NCBI GenBank assembly: GCA_044892505.1
Contig: CM097882.1
Coordinates: forward strand, 142,972,001 to 143,036,000
Length of the DNA: 64,000 bases
Direction of reading: 5' to 3'
Source: Schmidtea nova
Lineage: Eukaryota
Shown here: positions 63,297 to 64,000 of the stretch, piece by piece
Layout: the number at the start of each line of letters is the position of its first letter
Numbering within the stretch: the stretch's first letter is position 1
Notes under the pieces: generated by a model
The model's database searches: none
What the model saw: only the letters and a program-made list of their open reading frames with translations
Told to the model about the DNA's origin: nothing
Translations under genes and position numbers: made by a program

Positions 63297-64000
63297 ATTA
63301 ATTAAAAGTTAATCAAAAAGATTTAAATTAATCAAATTAATTAAAATTACTCAATACCTACATTGAATATTTATCGATGCATTAGCTATGATTCCAATCA
63401 TAATATTTTCGTCACTAACAATCTTTATTTCGACGTGATTTATATCATTCATATTTACATTACCTAAAGTAAAAGCTAAATAATATACTAAGTTAAAGAT
63501 TAAATACAATTTTTTTCCACATTTTCTGAAATCGATTTCCCAATTGAATTATTGATATTAATATTACCTAAATTAATACTAAATGATAATAAATTTAAAA
63601 AATTAATTTACCATTTTCATTGTCGCTTGGTTTTGCGTTCATAAAACTAGTTGTTGTAGTGTTCATTTTAAGTTTTTGTATTTATTAAATAATGAATGAA
63701 AGATTATTATTTATATATGAAAGTTATTACACACACATAACATTTGACCAATCAAAATCAAGTAAGGAGTAAGAAATTTATTCTTATCAACCAATCAAAA
63801 TCGAGTAAGTGGTAGGAAATTTATTATTATCATCAAATAAAATTCAAGAAATGGATGTAGAATTATGGTTAAACATATATTACGTTGCAGTATTTTGAAA
63901 AACTAAATAATTTTTTAAAAGACGATTTGGCGATATTATTTAATTAACTTCTTATTATTTCACCAAATTATATTTTACATTAGTTATAAAATATTTCAAT

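Larger units (their letters stand above)
57927..63666 (-). pseudogene. polB: pPolB pseudogene; exons 63666-63612, 63567-63508, 63463-63362, 61708-57927
   Basis: ORF fragments 61170-61649, 60487-61131, 59783-60472, 59564-59752, 58660-59319, 58200-58385 are colinear with the intact copy; frameshifts and stops; splice sites conserved. Confidence 0.92.
57172..64000 (-). mobile_element. Third, decayed copy of the PolB element (left arm only; continues beyond the window)
   Basis: Terminus AGTAGGTAGTTAATGG at 57172, C-tract, one 71-bp-type unit, PolB pseudogene, conserved 5' exons and CCAAT/TATA at 63700-63810. Confidence 0.92.

Overview
AT-rich eukaryotic genomic DNA (standard code, very short introns, five N-gaps), dominated by nested transposons: decayed Ty3/Gypsy-like LTR elements, MULE, hAT, piggyBac, an RLE non-LTR fragment and several MITEs. 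The only clear host-type gene is an intronless UBE2K/Ubc1-like E2, present twice (35294-35917, 54266-54889) in an old segmental duplication. The main discovery is a 14.5-kb Polinton/Maverick-type element (17386-31925) with AGTAGT...ACTACT termini and a 6-bp TSD (CGTGTA) that is almost entirely one palindrome. It has two ~7-kb near-identical arms, each carrying a single spliced protein-primed DNA polymerase B gene with an HNH/EndoVII-like insert, transcribed outward from a central 0.8-kb core that has its own AGTAG...CTACT termini. No integrase, ATPase, protease or capsid is recognisable in it. Three relatives are in the window: a divergent, internally deleted one at 1-3239, a non-coding 4.4-kb element with core-type ends and its own 6-bp TSD (46756-51187), and a decayed third PolB copy from 57172. 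My inference is a stripped-down, PolB-only, snap-back (hairpin-dimer) Polinton-like replicon family mobilised by an integrase supplied in trans. No database searches were possible; all homology calls are from motif recognition by eye.
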